Origin: Paraphysomonas bandaiensis
Lineage: Eukaryota; Protista; Chrysophyceae
NCBI GenBank assembly: GCA_965644295.1
Contig: CBFFRP010000026.1
Location: forward strand, 1 to 64,000
Direction of reading: 5' to 3'
DNA length: 64,000 bases
A program made the position numbers and the translations under genes. Each line of letters begins with the position of its first letter. Within the stretch, counting starts at the first letter, position 1. The notes under the pieces were generated by a model, which worked only from the letters and a program-made list of their open reading frames with translations, was not told where the DNA came from and made no database searches. Positions 23,696 to 37,853 of the stretch are shown one piece after another.

Positions 23696-24989
23696 CTATA
23701 AAAATTCAATTCCTGTGAAGACCATTTTCTCAGACGTCGGAAATTCCTGAGGTGTACCGATCACCTCGCCATCGACTGTTATTAGTACCAGGTAGGACGC
23801 GCCCGTTGCACGTGAGACCATCACTGCAACTACGACTTGGTCTCCTGACCCTGGAAGGAACCGTGCTGACGATATATAGTACAGGTTCTTTGTCACAGCT
23901 GTCGTGTTCTGACCTCTGCTTGTTTCCTGCGAAGGCATATTGAGTTCAGTCAGCTTCCTCACAGTAATAGTGCGGAAGTCAGCTGAGGCTAAAATGATCC
24001 TCACATCTCTGTCTGGTTCAGATGCTCGTGCCAGACGTACGCTATCTCTTTGGCCCTTCACTATGGTTTCTACCACGGACGGGAAAAAAACCCACATCTC
24101 CATCCGCTCCGACCATAGCACAGCCTCGTGATAGAGTCGATGAGTGCTGGCATCCACCTCAGCGGCGATTTCCAGAGATGTGAACTCTCTTTCCCAGTCT
24201 AAATGATTCACCCGCCCACTCGGATCAATGGTTACAACCCAATGCTCCACCAACAACTGCGACATGGCTCGGGAGGGTGTCCGCTGACCTCGGAGACTCC
24301 TCTCCGATTTACCTCCAGTATAGGGTGAAGGTGATAGTGACCCTCCAGTACCGATATAGAGCAGTCCATGCCGAACGGCAGCCCACTCAGAACGCAGCGC
24401 CTCTGTATTTAGTCCGTCACCCCCCATCACAATCTGTCGGGGGTAAAGCTCTCCTGACGAGAGTTCGAATAGCACACCAGTGGACTGATCCGAAGCGTAC
24501 AACTTCCCACAATATGCAATAAGCTCACTGAGCATCATACCACGGCCACGGGCGCTAAGCGGAGAGTGCAAACTGTACTCGTTTCCCCAAGAAATATTAA
24601 AAAACCGATTCTCACCGGACATCTTTACTAAAGTGCCCTGCTTTGAGACCCCCGCCCACGATATATCAGTTGTAAGTGACACATACTCTTCACGAAGTCT
24701 CGATACAACCACAAACGGAAACTCATGAACAGAGGCATTGGTTTGAAACGCTGCTGGCGCACTCAATTTCATGGACATTTTCGGTGTTGGCTTCAGAACT
24801 GCAGCGGTGTCTGTGGAGGGGGTCATAACACCGGACATGCAGGTAAAAGCTGTTCATACAGAGTTACGACACACTCAGCAGCTCCGTATAAACCTTACCG
24901 TACACAGCACCAAAAGCCGAGATAATCCACAGCACACTGTAATAAGTGTGGTGACACTGCGCGTCACTATCCCTGCGACCAGATACCAT
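23696..24989 (-). CDS. Calcium-activated nucleotidase (CANT1/apyrase) homolog, type II membrane anchor, divergent active site
   Basis: RGRGMMLSEL, GKLY..D..TG, GDG..SEWA, LYIG, HLDW, HEAVLWS and GIEFL motifs. A short first exon (MVSGRR..VLWIISAFGAVY) joins through a GTAAG..CAG intron. Confidence 0.8.
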
Positions 24990-25513
24990 TACAACCTATT
25001 CGACTATACAACACCCATTCGTCTATGTTCACTTCAAACTACTATCGAGAGCATCCACAGCACCTACAAAGCACAATGCTTCGTGATAGAGTGATATCTA
25101 GCTGCACATGACAACTCAGCTATACAGCAGCAGTATACAGCAGCAGCACACCGACAGGGCGTGACTGTATCTGTCTCCACTCATACATAGTAAAATACAC
25201 CACTTGGACACTAGGTTCCTACGGCAGTACACAGCACAGCAGACGGGAAAATTTCTGGGATATGGACCACAACAGCACGAGCACCACGACACGAGTATGG
25301 TATCAACCTGCTGTATACCGTAGTATAGTATACTACTGTACAGTATACTGAGCAGTTGTTGCATTGCTTTTGAGCAGTTAAGAAACGCACGATAGATACG
25401 ACTGCCTCCTCTGCCCGCTGCCATATCTTAACATGCTGTCAGAAGGAGCGATCAGAAGACCTTCAAGTGCTGTAGTTTTGTGTGAATAAGTGAGTACCTA
25501 AATCCAATCCCGA

Positions 25514-27608
25514 ATGAGCAGTAAGGGGAAGGAGCTGATTCAATGCTGCGGAAACAACGACATCAAAGTTGAGATTTATATGCTTGCACCGCCTTACTAA
25601 CGCCAACCTAAACACAGAGAGTGAGGAATATATTGTCTTCTAACCCTGACTCTGATGTACTTAACTATCGAAACAATGTTCGTATACAGTTCACTATATC
25701 ACTCTTGACTCTGTTGCAGGGCGGAAACACACCCTTAATACAGGCGACGACGCTCAATACAGCTTTAAGTAGCGATAAGATGGTCAAACTGCTGCTGGAT
25801 GCTGGTGCAGATATAGAAATCAAAAACAAGGCATTATATTATTGCGTTGACTAATATGCACTCTCATTCTGCATACTGTAGTATGGAGTGACAGCTCTTA
25901 TGTCTGCCGCGAGGAAAGGCTATGCTATTGTCGTACAAACATTGTTAGATGCCGGGGCCGATTTCCTTGTTACTTGTGAAGTGAGATAGTTTTTATAGTA
26001 TTTAAAGTAGTGATGTTTTTTTCTAGAATGGGGAGAGAGCGCTCGACAAAGCATCAGACAGAGAAACCAAGCGCATTCTTCAGGCCAAACATGATGACCT
26101 TGACGCTCGAAATCGTGCAGCTTTAATAGAGGAAATTTCGATCAAACTTCTTGATAGTATAATTGGGAATGAAATAGATGTCGTAAATACCCTGATATCA
26201 GAATACAAGGAAGAATATAGTGAATTTTTGGAGTTTCAATCATGCGAGGCTCGGCACGAGAATAAGGTGGCTTTGTGTCATGCAGTGAATATACAGAACC
26301 TACAGGCTGTACAGACGCTGTTGTCTGCTGGGGCTAGACCAGACACAGTTCACGAAAGTTCTACTACTGCTATGACGCCTCTCATGATGAACTGCTCTGT
26401 ACCTCATAAGCCGTCATATCCCACAACAACATATTCGAGACAAGTTGAAGGCTTGAGACACTCCATCACGGAAGCACTAGTAGAGGCTGGAGCATCATTG
26501 ACACGCACTGATAGGGTGTGAAGAGTAGTGATAGATGTCTACTGGCATATAATAAAGTTATGTATGCACAGGTCATGCAGACGGCACTTGTGAAAGCAGT
26601 ACTGAATTTTCACGACAATGATATAGTTGTTATGTTCGATAAATACCCGGATGCCAAAAGCAACGGAATCAACATTCAAGACAAGGTATTTTTATTTGTT
26701 TGTGCGGTGTTGTGCTTTGATATAACTAGGTTTGTTCAGTGGGGAAACACAGCATTAATACTTGCAGCGAAGGTCCAGAATATCGGTGCTGTGCGTCTGC
26801 TAATTGAAAACAAAGCCGACCTGAACACCCAACAGGAGGTGAATTATATAGCACGCTGTAATCACGAGTCGTAGTTGATTTCTATTTGATTAATAGACTG
26901 GAATGACGGCATTAATGTGGGCGTGTTGGAATGGAAATGCGGACTGTATCCAAGCACTTCTTTCTGCTGGTGCTTATACAGACCTTCAGAGTGAGGTGAT
27001 GTTGACCGTCGGAATAAACAATGTGTGACGTTGACGTTCAGTGCGGGCGAACGGCTGTTTTTTGGGCTGTGGAGAAGGGTCATAGTAACGCTGTGAGATT
27101 GATGCTTGAACAGCGGGCAGATCCGAATATTCCTCACCCTATGGTATCTAAATTGCTTCTCTTGAATTTCTGCTTATTTTTTTCTATCACTGCATAGTCT
27201 GGATCGACACCTGCGTTAGTTGCTGCGCGAAAAAATGATTTGGACACTATTGATAAGCTTATTGAAGGAGGCGCAAGGCTCAACGATAGAAATGAGGTGC
27301 GAAACGTGACAGAGTTGTAGTGAATTGGCTTGGTTGCTGACGGAGGGAATATGACAGGAGGGAATGACTCCGCTTATGTGGGCAGCGTATGCTTCTCACG
27401 ATAACATGGTTGAAAAGTTAATGAAAAACGGTGCCATTCCTAAGCTAAAAAACAGAGTAAGAAATTACTTTATCTGTGACTATACATGAATATACGAATA
27501 TTCCAGGCAGGGAAGAGTGCGCTCCAGTTAGCGAAGAAGCCGTCTACGAAGGCAGTTGTGAAAGAAAATACAATGAAAATTACTGTTGAAAGAGAAATTA
27601 AATCATAG
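25514..27608 (+). CDS. Ankyrin-repeat protein, multi-exon
   Basis: GNTPLIQA..LLLDAGAD, GVTALMSAA, GNTALILAA..LLIENKAD, GMTALMWAC and GMTPLMWAA; introns fall at repeat boundaries. Confidence 0.88.
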
Positions 27609-27881
27609 TCTTCGTAATGATAAAAAGTAAAATATGTAGTGATTTGAGTATAGTGGAGTGCAGATCTGTTCTGAGGTAATATGCTATGACTACTTCGTAG
27701 TTTGGGTTTTCAAGGCAATAGCGGCCGAGTAGAATCAATAACATATATATATATATATAATGATATATTGCCCCTCAAAAGATTGCGGGATACAACGTCC
27801 GTAAGATTAAGGCAACAACTGTAAAACTTCACCAAACTTGTTCGCGAGAGACTGCTCAATTATTAAGGCGCTAAAGATGTA

Positions 27882-28130
27882 TTTGTTGAGTTCTGCTATA
27901 TGAGAGCAATTGAAAGCTGTAGTTATAAGGTATTAAAATTACTGTAGTATGCAGTTGTAGTCTTGTTAATCGTATTGTGAGAATGAATAACGATAAGCAT
28001 ATAGCGGTAAAACGGAATATAGGGACGATGCAAGTTGTAGTGACGATGTAAGATCGTCGTACGAGAAATGAGTGGTAGTAGAGACAACATGATATTGATG
28101 AATGATAAGGGATATTGATTATAATTTATA
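27882..28130. repeat. Dispersed repeat family C, copy 2
   Basis: Homologous to 21903-22108. Confidence 0.85.
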
Positions 28131-28632
28131 ATTCTCAGCATTGAGTATAAGTTACCTTCTGTTGTTAAGTTAATACTTAAGACAGATGATGGCAAGAAGG
28201 TATGAAAAAGTCAAGAAAGGGGAGAGGAGATAGTTGTCTGGAGGTTTTCGAGGAGGTGGAGTGTAAGGTGTGTGTTACAGTGCAATCTCTAGTCGTTCTT
28301 ATATCCATTAATGATACATTGTGACTGTTTAATATATACCAGCTCACACTACACAACAACATGACAACATACATTACATACATACTAGTGGCTTATTATA
28401 CAGAGCATCAAAAAACAAACTTTCAAACAAATCAAGTAATTATAATATACACAACATACCAATTTACACCCATATTGGCATGACAAGATCATTCAACCGT
28501 TTGGACTCCGTTGAAAAATACACCCTCTGTCTAAGAAAAAGCGAAGTAAATTTGAAGCTTGGCATTATTATAATAACATTATATGTATGTTGTAACAATC
28601 GTTTAATATCTGGTGAGAAGACTTTTATTATC

Positions 28633-28805
28633 CCCTCAACAAAGTTGGGGCTCGCACCTTTCTGGGAATGGGCCCACCTCAAGGGTATTCAGGGTATTGG
28701 ACTGCCAGCTGAAGTGTTCACCTTAAGAACAGAGAGCGAAAGAGGTTGCACCTTGGTGCTTGCGGTGACGCACAAGCAGCTTTTTCGTAGCGTTAAATAG
28801 TAGGA
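28633..28805 (-). repeat. Dispersed repeat family A+B, inverted and internally deleted copy
   Basis: CCCTCAACAAAGT..CTCGCACC..GGGAATGGGCCCACCTCAAG..GTTCACCTTAAG..GGTTGCACCTTGG..GCGGTGACGCACAAGCAGC. Confidence 0.88.
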
Positions 28806-29618
28806 TAATAGAATTTGTACTCTAGTTATTTACAGGTAGACGTCTATATCGCTTGACTAGTTTTCATCTAACTACGTTCGTACTACGCTGGTGCTGATTT
28901 TTGACGCCTATATTGCAAATAATATGACTTTCAGTATGTGAAACTGAAGTATCATGACGATTCATGATGCGGAAGTTGATCAGAGGTTGACATAAAAGAA
29001 TGATAAAATTATGTCGTTGATATGTTTTGATAATTTTCTTATATGCAATAAGAATTATCTATCTTCTTGTCATATCGACATAACTTTTCTTTAACTATCT
29101 AAGCAAGCAAAATGTTCAAACGTCAATATTCGCTGACTTAATTCATGTCATTTCATTTAATTTCTATCAAATTTTTTCATCTACTGTATACTGCAAGTAA
29201 CGGTTATAATTTTAAAGCCTTAAATTGAAGCTTTTATTTGCATACAAATTGTTAGCAAAATTCAATAAACATGGCAGCAAGGTTACAAGACTAATAAGCT
29301 AATTTCTCTCACACTGCAAAGCATTGCATGTGAGTATAATAGCCAGAGCATTACTATTAGGTATTAGACTATTACCAATGCAAAATAATATAGATTTTAT
29401 GCTCTCTAGTGCCCTATCTAACGAGCGCTTAAGAAATCTTCTGTTTTGAATACGACATAAGTTAAAATTACCAGCAGTAAAAACGGATAACGAAGTACAT
29501 TATTCGCGTAAAACGCACACAATCTCATGTATTAGTACCCACAAGACTGCACAGCCAATACACTTAATTGAAATCAAGATGTCTCCAGCACAATTCATAT
29601 CGTTTCAAACATAGTAAT

Positions 29619-31331
29619 TTAAGACCCTACTTCTGGTTCAGCCATTTCCGTTACAGTTGTAACAGCAGATCCGAATATATCCATGCCCTGGCTTAGCTCT
29701 TCAGAGGAAGCATTCAGTGGCGGTATAAGACGTACGGTGTCATACGGCCCACAGGAGAGAACAAGCAAGCCCCGTTCTGCACATGTGAGAGCAACCTCCT
29801 TGGCTGCCCAGCCAGGCTGTCTACCAGGAGGAGTATTCAGCTCCACGCCTACATACGTGTATACAACATGATATACTACTGCGTGGCATAAGCATCATTC
29901 ACCTATCATATAGCCTTTGCCTCTGACCTCCCTCAATACCCCCGGAACGGCTTCATCAAGCTCGGTGAGCTTCTTCCTGATGATGCGCTCACCTTCTGGC
30001 ATGCCCTCCAAGACGCCCTCGGTCTCGAAGGCGTCTAAGACAGCTAGAGCTGCAGCACAACTTACAGCATTTGCACCGTAAGTACCACCCATTGAACCTG
30101 TCAAAACGTCAAACGCATTAGGACGAAAGGGCTGGTAAAGTTACAACCGCACTGCAAACACACCTGGGGGTTGCTTGACTGACAGATCACTGCGTGTGGC
30201 AATGGCGGAAAGGGGAAACCCATTTGCGATACCCTTCGCCATGACGAGCACATCAGGCTGCACTTCACCCCTATCCAGCCAATCAGTAGCGAACATAGAA
30301 CCTGTCCTCCCAAACCCGGTTTGTACCTCGTCGACAATCAGAAGCATTCCATTCCTACATATAGAGGCAATTCTTACGAAACGTCATCAAACTAACACAA
30401 AAACGCACTGTTTGCATATATCTTTGAGTCCTTTGAGAAACCCTGGTGGGCAGGGTACATATCCCCCTTCCCCCTGCACGGGCTCAAGCAGAATGGCTGC
30501 CGTTTCGCTCGGGGCCGTTTGTGTACGCAGCATAAGTGCAATTGTGTCTAGGCACCTAATCATAACTCGTGACACCAATACCAACATCAGGGCGCAAGTC
30601 AAACCTTGCAGTGTCTCTTGCGGCAAGGTCGGCAGAGGCGTATCCCCAGTAAGAACACTCGGATATTTTCTGCTTCGTTGAGTTATCCCAATATTCGTAA
30701 TCAGGTCCATAAGGTCCATTAATAATGTAAGGGAAAGGTGCCACAAAGACTCCACTACTTGGGGCCATAAAACCACTTCGGTAGATAGTACCAGATGTCG
30801 TCAGACCCATTGTGCCAAATGTCCTTCCGTGATAACCAAGATTTGCTACAATGATGTTCGGTTTACCTGTAGCCTATACAACAACCTTCACATTTCATCA
30901 ATAAATTAAATACCGCAGCACCTGTCTGGCGAGCTTGATAGAGGCCTCCACTGAAACGCATGAATCAAACTAAATAATCTAACTATCAATGTCATACCAG
31001 CTTCTGATCCAGAGTTCCAGAAGAACCATGAATCAAGACCAGCTCTCTTAGCGGCTGGTAGATCCGCCAGTCTGTCGATGAGGTCGAGCATTGGCCGGTG
31101 CCTCATTATGTTCTGTTGAGCGTGAACGATCTCTCCGGCCGCTTTGCGCACTGCCTCTACAACACCTTTATGAGAGTGGCCGAGATTAGCGACACCGATT
31201 CCAGTGGTAAAATCTAACAGCTTCTTCCCGCACTCTGTGGACACGTAAGATCCCTGTGCAGACCGAACCACTAGCTCAGGAAGCATATGCTTCACCCCAT
31301 GAAACAATCGTCCCTTGTGAACAGCACTCAT
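29619..31331 (-). CDS. Class-III PLP aminotransferase, 4-aminobutyrate aminotransferase (GabT-like), multi-exon
   Basis: DFTTGIGVANLGH, NSGSEA, YHGRT, EPVQGEGG, DEVQTGFGRTG, PLP lysine in MAKGIANGFP, GGTYGAN, RGKGYMIG and RLIPPL. Confidence 0.92.
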
Positions 31332-32500
31332 TGTGAATTTATCAGATAGATCAAGTCGACTGTGGTGTGAATGGACTGGCCCAGCAGTATGACGCACTCC
31401 GCATGCATTCTTTTAATTCACCACTCCTTGATACGCACTGTATATCATGGTATACAGTACTATATATGTGTATTCCGGTATTCCGGTATTCTGTTCTACG
31501 GTCATTGAAGATGCTGCCAGTGCGCGCTATGCGCATGTGGATGTGGGCTGTGGCTCCTGGTCCGTCCAACGTTTGTTCATGAGAATCCCTCAGGCACTAC
31601 CTTGAGGAAGGAGCACGCTAACATTTAGCTCACCCCATATCGTATTTGGTTGGCGATTGGAGCTTGCCACAGAGGCATCAGCGGGTAGAGCGAGCAATGA
31701 CTGAAGGCAGATGCCACAACGTGAGCTCAGTTTAACTCTTAAAGAATGAAAAGGTGGCAGATATCCATTTTATTTCAACACCCCAGATAAGAATTCAATC
31801 CCAGGTGAATGTGAGGTAAAGTTTCGTCTTGTCACCAGGCCTTTGTCTACAATGTGCGTATCCTTTGACTTGTGTCTCATGCTCTGTCATTTACTATTCC
31901 AGCCACCATGTAACGCTCACGGAGTATGATTTCGGTGGAGGAGAGGATTCTATGGTAAACATAATTTGAATATAGATCCTCACATGTCTGCTTAATGTTT
32001 AAGATTGTAAGTTGCATAGTGAATACGTGAATAAATCTATCGATGTGGAGGTTAGATTACTGAAGTTCGGTCATCGCACGATATCTATAATTTTATATGA
32101 GGCGTAAAGTAATGCCTCATGCATGATGTATGACACATACATGTGAAATTTTCGCCACAATATGGTAGAAAAAAGTAAGGATACCGGAATAGACGAAACC
32201 AGAATAATGAAGCAAGGGTAGTAAGCAGTAAGAAGAAATCATGACAGCATCGCTGATGAACAAGGGTGGACCGCTAGTTGTAGTACTGGGAGTAGCTTAT
32301 TCATATATCATCGCTCTAATTCGTTGAGAAATAGTATCGAGTATCGTATACAATATATTACTCGTATTTGTATTTCATACAACAATATTCACGTCGAATT
32401 ATCAATTACTTGGCTTCTTTCTAACGTCAATACCAAAAAAATTGTAACGATCTCTACTGGCGCCCCGTTATTTCATATACATCGAGCAAATTACAGCAAC

Positions 32501-33424
32501 TTAGTTAAGAATATCCCGTTCATCACATCTATTTTCCATTTTTGTTCCCATTTCGTAACTAAATTCGTTCATGAATTCCATAGTGCTGCTATACTGTTTA
32601 ATAATACCATGCATGCGGCCTTGAGCCCATGTGCCTTCGTACACTAAGCCATCTGAACCAGGGGTTATTAACTTCCCATTACCATGCTTTTCGTCCTCCT
32701 TCCACTCCCCCTCATACACAGTGCCATTCGTATATACCATTACGCCCCAACCACTCTTCTTCCCCTCCACCCAGTTTCCATTGTAACTATCCCCATCTCG
32801 AGTGATGCCTTTGCCTTCCCCATTCATCAGATCATTCTTCCATTCGCCACTGTATCGGTCACCTTTTTCGGTGGTCATAGTACCCCAACCATCTTTCCTA
32901 TTATACTTGTATTCGCCGTTGTATAACACACCGTTCTGCCGGAACTCACCAATTCCATGCATATACCCTTCAAACCATTGACCCTCGTATGAAGTGTTAC
33001 CATCTACACTTTAAATGAGGAAAATGGAACCCTAATAGTACAAAATACCCGCAGATATAATTTTTCCAGGCCCAGTTTTTCTTCCATCCACAAATGTTCC
33101 AGTAAATACAGATCCACGCGGAGTCACGTATACGCCTTGTCCATGCATCTTACCTGCAACCCAGTCACCTTCATAAGAACTACCGTCGTCTTTAACATAT
33201 TTTCCTTTTCCATCCATTAGGTCATCACTCCACGAGCCCTCATAATAATTTTCTCCCTGTGAGAGTGTCCCGTAGCCATGTCTCTTTCCAAGCTTCCAAT
33301 CGCCATAGTATACGATTCCACTTGGATAGACGTGCTTCCCCTTGCCGCTCTTGCGTTTAGTGGCAATCAAGCCAGGAAAACAACACAAAAGGCATAAACA
33401 GCTTAATATCGCGGCCCGCGACAT
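32501..33424 (-). CDS. MORN-repeat protein with N-terminal signal peptide-like segment, 2 exons
   Basis: About ten YxGxW..G..HG.G repeats; hydrophobic N-terminus MSRAAILSCLCLLCCFPGLIA; intron at ~33.01-33.05 kb. Confidence 0.88.
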
Positions 33425-33859
33425 CGCAGGTGAACTATTCTACATAGAGCTGAGGCCTCTCTGTGAGCAACACTCCACACCGTTACTACCATACGAACAA
33501 TACGTATAGAGTATGTATTCTCTGTATTTCGATGAATGTATATATAGACGTAGGGCGTAGGGCATATTTATCAGTCCACATTGCACTGTAAACATTCTCA
33601 TGCAGTACTGCTGTATATAGCCGTATATCGTATATGTATATGTATATGTATATGTATTGTGGTGGGAGGTCATGTCAGTCGTATCATGAGACGGTCTGCT
33701 CTGCTGTCTGCTCGTCTCTGTCTATATTCTCATATAGTTACAGTCGACGTATACACTTGTTCGGACCGATGAGTTCGAGTAGTGAAGACATATGATATCA
33801 GAGCTCGATGGTAAGTTCAATCCTGTTGTAGCGGCAGCATGAGAGGCGTCGGGTAGAAG

Positions 33860-36800
33860 ATGGAGCAGGTGTTTTTCCGCGTACATGTGCGTACGGTCTC
33901 AACATGGTGCCGCATCGCCACCCCAGAGGTAAGACACTCATACTTGAGAGTAGGCACTTAATGGGATGATTCAGATGCGACAACGAGTCGAGAAGTTCGC
34001 CCTCTTCAGCGCAGTGTGTGTGCTCGCCTTCTTAACTTATCTGCACTTTAATTTCGTGGGTCATAATATAAACTGCGGGTGTTTCCTGCGTGAGATGGGA
34101 GTCAGCGCGCAGCAAATTAAGTCCCATGATATTATTAATATTCACATATCGCGGGATTGGCCTGCCGTAATAAATGGTGCTTCTTCATTTGACCTGCAGA
34201 AATACGCGCCACGTATATTTGAAGACTTTACAGGCTTACTAGGACTTCACTACGACGAGGAGAAAAGCGCTGGAAGTGAGCGTGTGGACTCCAAAACCGT
34301 TCTACATGCAGCACTGCAGCGATTTTTTCAGAGCACGCCTTCTATTTCAACGAGCAGGATCTCTGAGCGGGACTTTGCACAGCTGTCCGAGTTGGTGTTT
34401 GACCCCAGTGTGCCGTCGTTAGAGACATTCAACAGTATGCTGCAGGATAGGGTCTATCTATTCTCTATGGAAAAAGGTTTCCTTATGCTCAAGCAGGAGA
34501 AACGGCAAGCGCACAACATTACTCGTTTGGATGTCCGCGTTCCTACAAGTAGCTCTTGTTTTGGGCCCGCCCCGTTGAGCTGGTTTATTCATAACATCAT
34601 TGGTTATGACACAATAGTGATCAATTTAATGATAGAACTCTTTGGAGGACAGGGACAGTTGTATAATATATACTCCAAACAGTTATTCAATCTCAACAAC
34701 GCTGAGTCCCGGAATAGGGTAGTTGGAGAAGACCACGTCAGTTATACTCAGAGTGAATTACAGCAGCGCATTTTATTTAAGCTTGGTCTCTGTTTTACCA
34801 ACATTTTCCTTTTTTTCACCTCTACCACCCTAGTATCTTTCATTCTTAAGCAGACACAGTCTCGTATGCTTAAGTTTACATTCTTGCTGCAGCACCATGT
34901 TCGCAATCGCCTTCCGTATCTGCCTCTGGTTTTTACTCACGTCATTGAAAGCCTTGTTTTCGTACCGATTATGATAGGAATTCTCTTCTTTCTCTTTGAA
35001 TTTTTTGCGGATCAGTTGCTGGCCTTCCTGACACTCTCCCTGGTCTGGTGCTGTGAAGTCTACTCCGTCATGAGGTATGTCTCTAATAATTCCTCTGTAT
35101 ATCTGTACACGTTATTTGCCTAACAACTATCTAATTCAGTGTTCGGACGTTCGCTTCAATTCAATATTACCCAAAGATAATATTCCTCTATTTTTTCCTT
35201 TTTCACCTGTATACCTTTTCATTCCCCTATGGCTTTTCGTACATTGCTCTGTACGCTTCAATGTGTCTTGATCTTCACCTTATGCTCTATTTCTTCAATA
35301 CTTTCGAAGTACCAGCTTACGAGTCAGGGCTCATAACTGCTTTGCGACCTCGATACGCGTACCCCATGTCAAGCGCCCCACTGGAGGCTGATGGCCTGGT
35401 CGAGAGATTCGAGAGGGCACCTGCTAGTCATAACACAGCGGAAACTAGTGCTCCTCTATCATTTAGCAATGAGTCAGAAATATCTATGGAAGATTTGTCA
35501 AGCGACACCCCTATGGAACCTTTACGACCCAACCAAGAGGATGAACTCAGTAGCGACAGAAGTCACACGCTTGGCCAGGTTGAATATTTTTCAGTTGACG
35601 ACGAGACTGAAGGCAGACAGCACATGGGAGTAAAACGGAATCGCTCCTTCAACACACCTCTCGATGAAATCATAGCATATGAGCGTGCCTTCATCCGCCG
35701 CCAGCAGCAGATTCCAAGTCAGGGAGGTAAGCGGATGGTCGGGCCATCTCCCTCCTCTGCCTCATTATCTGGGAACATGGAGGCCGATGAGAGAGAGGGA
35801 GAAGAAACATTTTCAGAGTTAGGGCATCCGGATGGGACGGGTTTATGTTATGGGTCTGGGGATGAGGCTGCGCATTGCATAGAACCCGAATTGACGCAAG
35901 CAGAACTTGAGTTATCGCGGCAGATACAGAGACAGCAAATGGTGGCAGTAATGGGATTCAATCTCCCTACTATATCGCCAGTTGGATCTAGACAGGTAGG
36001 TGCAGGTCCTTAGATGCAGCTTGCTCGGTTTTAAGTGGCAAGCTGTATGTGTTGTTTTGTGCAAAAAACTCATGTACTCTACGTAGGTATCCCGCGACAG
36101 TGTTCTCACCGCGCAATCAGGTGATATCATTGGCTCTGCGCATGGAGATCGGCCTGATTCGCGCTCGCATTCTCGCAGTACTTCTTTCGACGGTCCACCA
36201 TCCAAACGTAGCAGTATAGGGGCTTTTTTCTCTGGAATATTCTCCTCTAAATCAAATAACCCTCACGGAACGAAACAAACGCAAAATGCGCGTCTCACTG
36301 TACCCACAACTTTTCCCACAGATGCGAATAATGCGCTGCAAGTAGAGGAGTCTCACTCAGAAGATTGTGTAGCGGCGGAGGAACAGGAATATTCTAGCCA
36401 AGACTCTTCTCCGCGTTCAATCGATATGGCAGCCGAAGTTGCAACACCTGTACAACAAGGCACGAAGCTGAAGCCGGATAATTCTTCCGTTGACGACCAA
36501 CCGAGTTCCTCGTCAACTACCACATTTCGTTTTTTTCGAAAATTTTCTTCTCCACCAACGAGCCCACCCCATAAGCTCTTTCACACAGAAAAGAAATCTG
36601 CCGTTCCTAGTTCGCAGTCCCACATACCTGCAGTGACGTGCAGTAAGCCTCACAGCGAGAGTGTGGTGTCTGTATTTGGGTCGGTTTGGTCAACACGGTC
36701 TCGGGCAAGTAGCACAGATAGTGTCTCAGCAGTGGCGAATACTCGGGAAGATTCTGCCCCGATGCTGTATGCTACCGAGTCAGCACAGTCCCAGAAAAGG

Positions 36801-37424
36801 AATCGCAGTCAGTCCTGCTCCGACGGCGCTAGTGCAGAAGTGAATCCAGCTTTCAGGGCACTACTGGGTAGACTAAAAGAAAGACTGCTGTCGAATTCTT
36901 GTGACCTAGAATTCAATGATTCACGAAAACCAGAAGTGGCCCAAAGTTTAAAGCGGTCTATGTCATCACCGGCCATAGTGACCAAAGTTGAGGGCCATCG
37001 CATGTTTTGCATAACGGAATACGAACAAGTTCATGCGTATAATCGCCGGAAAAACCTTGGTAATTTTTGCAGAAGTAGACCGCGTGGTAATTCAACGGCT
37101 TCCAGCAGTAGTGTGGCTTCTAATAGAGGTGCACTTTGTGCGGCACCCACTTTATCCGATGGAAATGACAACCGCCCACAAACTCAGCAGGGAGTTGGTG
37201 CAATGATCATTGGAGGGGCTGCATCGCTGCCAGCAGTGGTAGGAAATAGCCTGTGCGGGTTTCTCAGCAGAGCCACCTCCAACGATTCATGTCCAGGTAG
37301 CCGCAGTCGAAGCAGTACTGTCATCACTGAAGAAGAATACTTGGCGGATCAGCGAGATTTTTCACTGTTTGGAGTAAATATAGAGGAGGAAGATGATGAC
37401 GACAATCAATCTATGTACAATTGA
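33860..37424 (+). CDS. Membralin (TMEM259)-like protein with a long S-rich disordered C-terminal tail, multi-exon
   Basis: MEQVFFRVH; LTYLH; FSMEKGFLML; CFG; IGYDT; FILKQTQ.RM; HVIESLVFVPIMIGILFFLFEFF.DQLLAF. ORFs 35261-36013 and 36426-37424 join in frame through an intron at ~35996-36086. Confidence 0.88.
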
Positions 37425-37853
37425 TTTGAGCTTATAAGTAGAAGTGAAACGTGCATCTGCCTCACATTATACTATGACATATTGTTTATATATTTACATG
37501 TAAAGGAAAAGTGGTTCTCGTTCTTGACAATTTTAATATGGCATCTCGAAACCAGTGCATCTTGAATACATTGAATTGATAGCCCATGATGTCTAACTTC
37601 GATATGATTAAATAAATGTTTTTTTGTTAATATTATCGTATTGTATTATGGCTTTGATACAGTTTTGGTAGAAAGGTCCATCATATTCGCCATTTAAGTC
37701 GACTATATGCGTTATTGTCTGTCCCGGTTCTTTTAATATGGTATACGACCCTAAAAAACAAAAATAAACTTCTGGTGTGCAGTCGACACATCTATACATG
37801 TTATCACAACAATCGAAAAGGATGATTCCCGTGATCACAGATATAAATAACTG

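Noticed and set aside
31500-32110. Plus-strand spliced gene divergent from the aminotransferase (VDVGCG motif, several GT/AG sites)
   Set aside because: No stop-free spliced model could be built; possibly a pseudogene, but not supportable.
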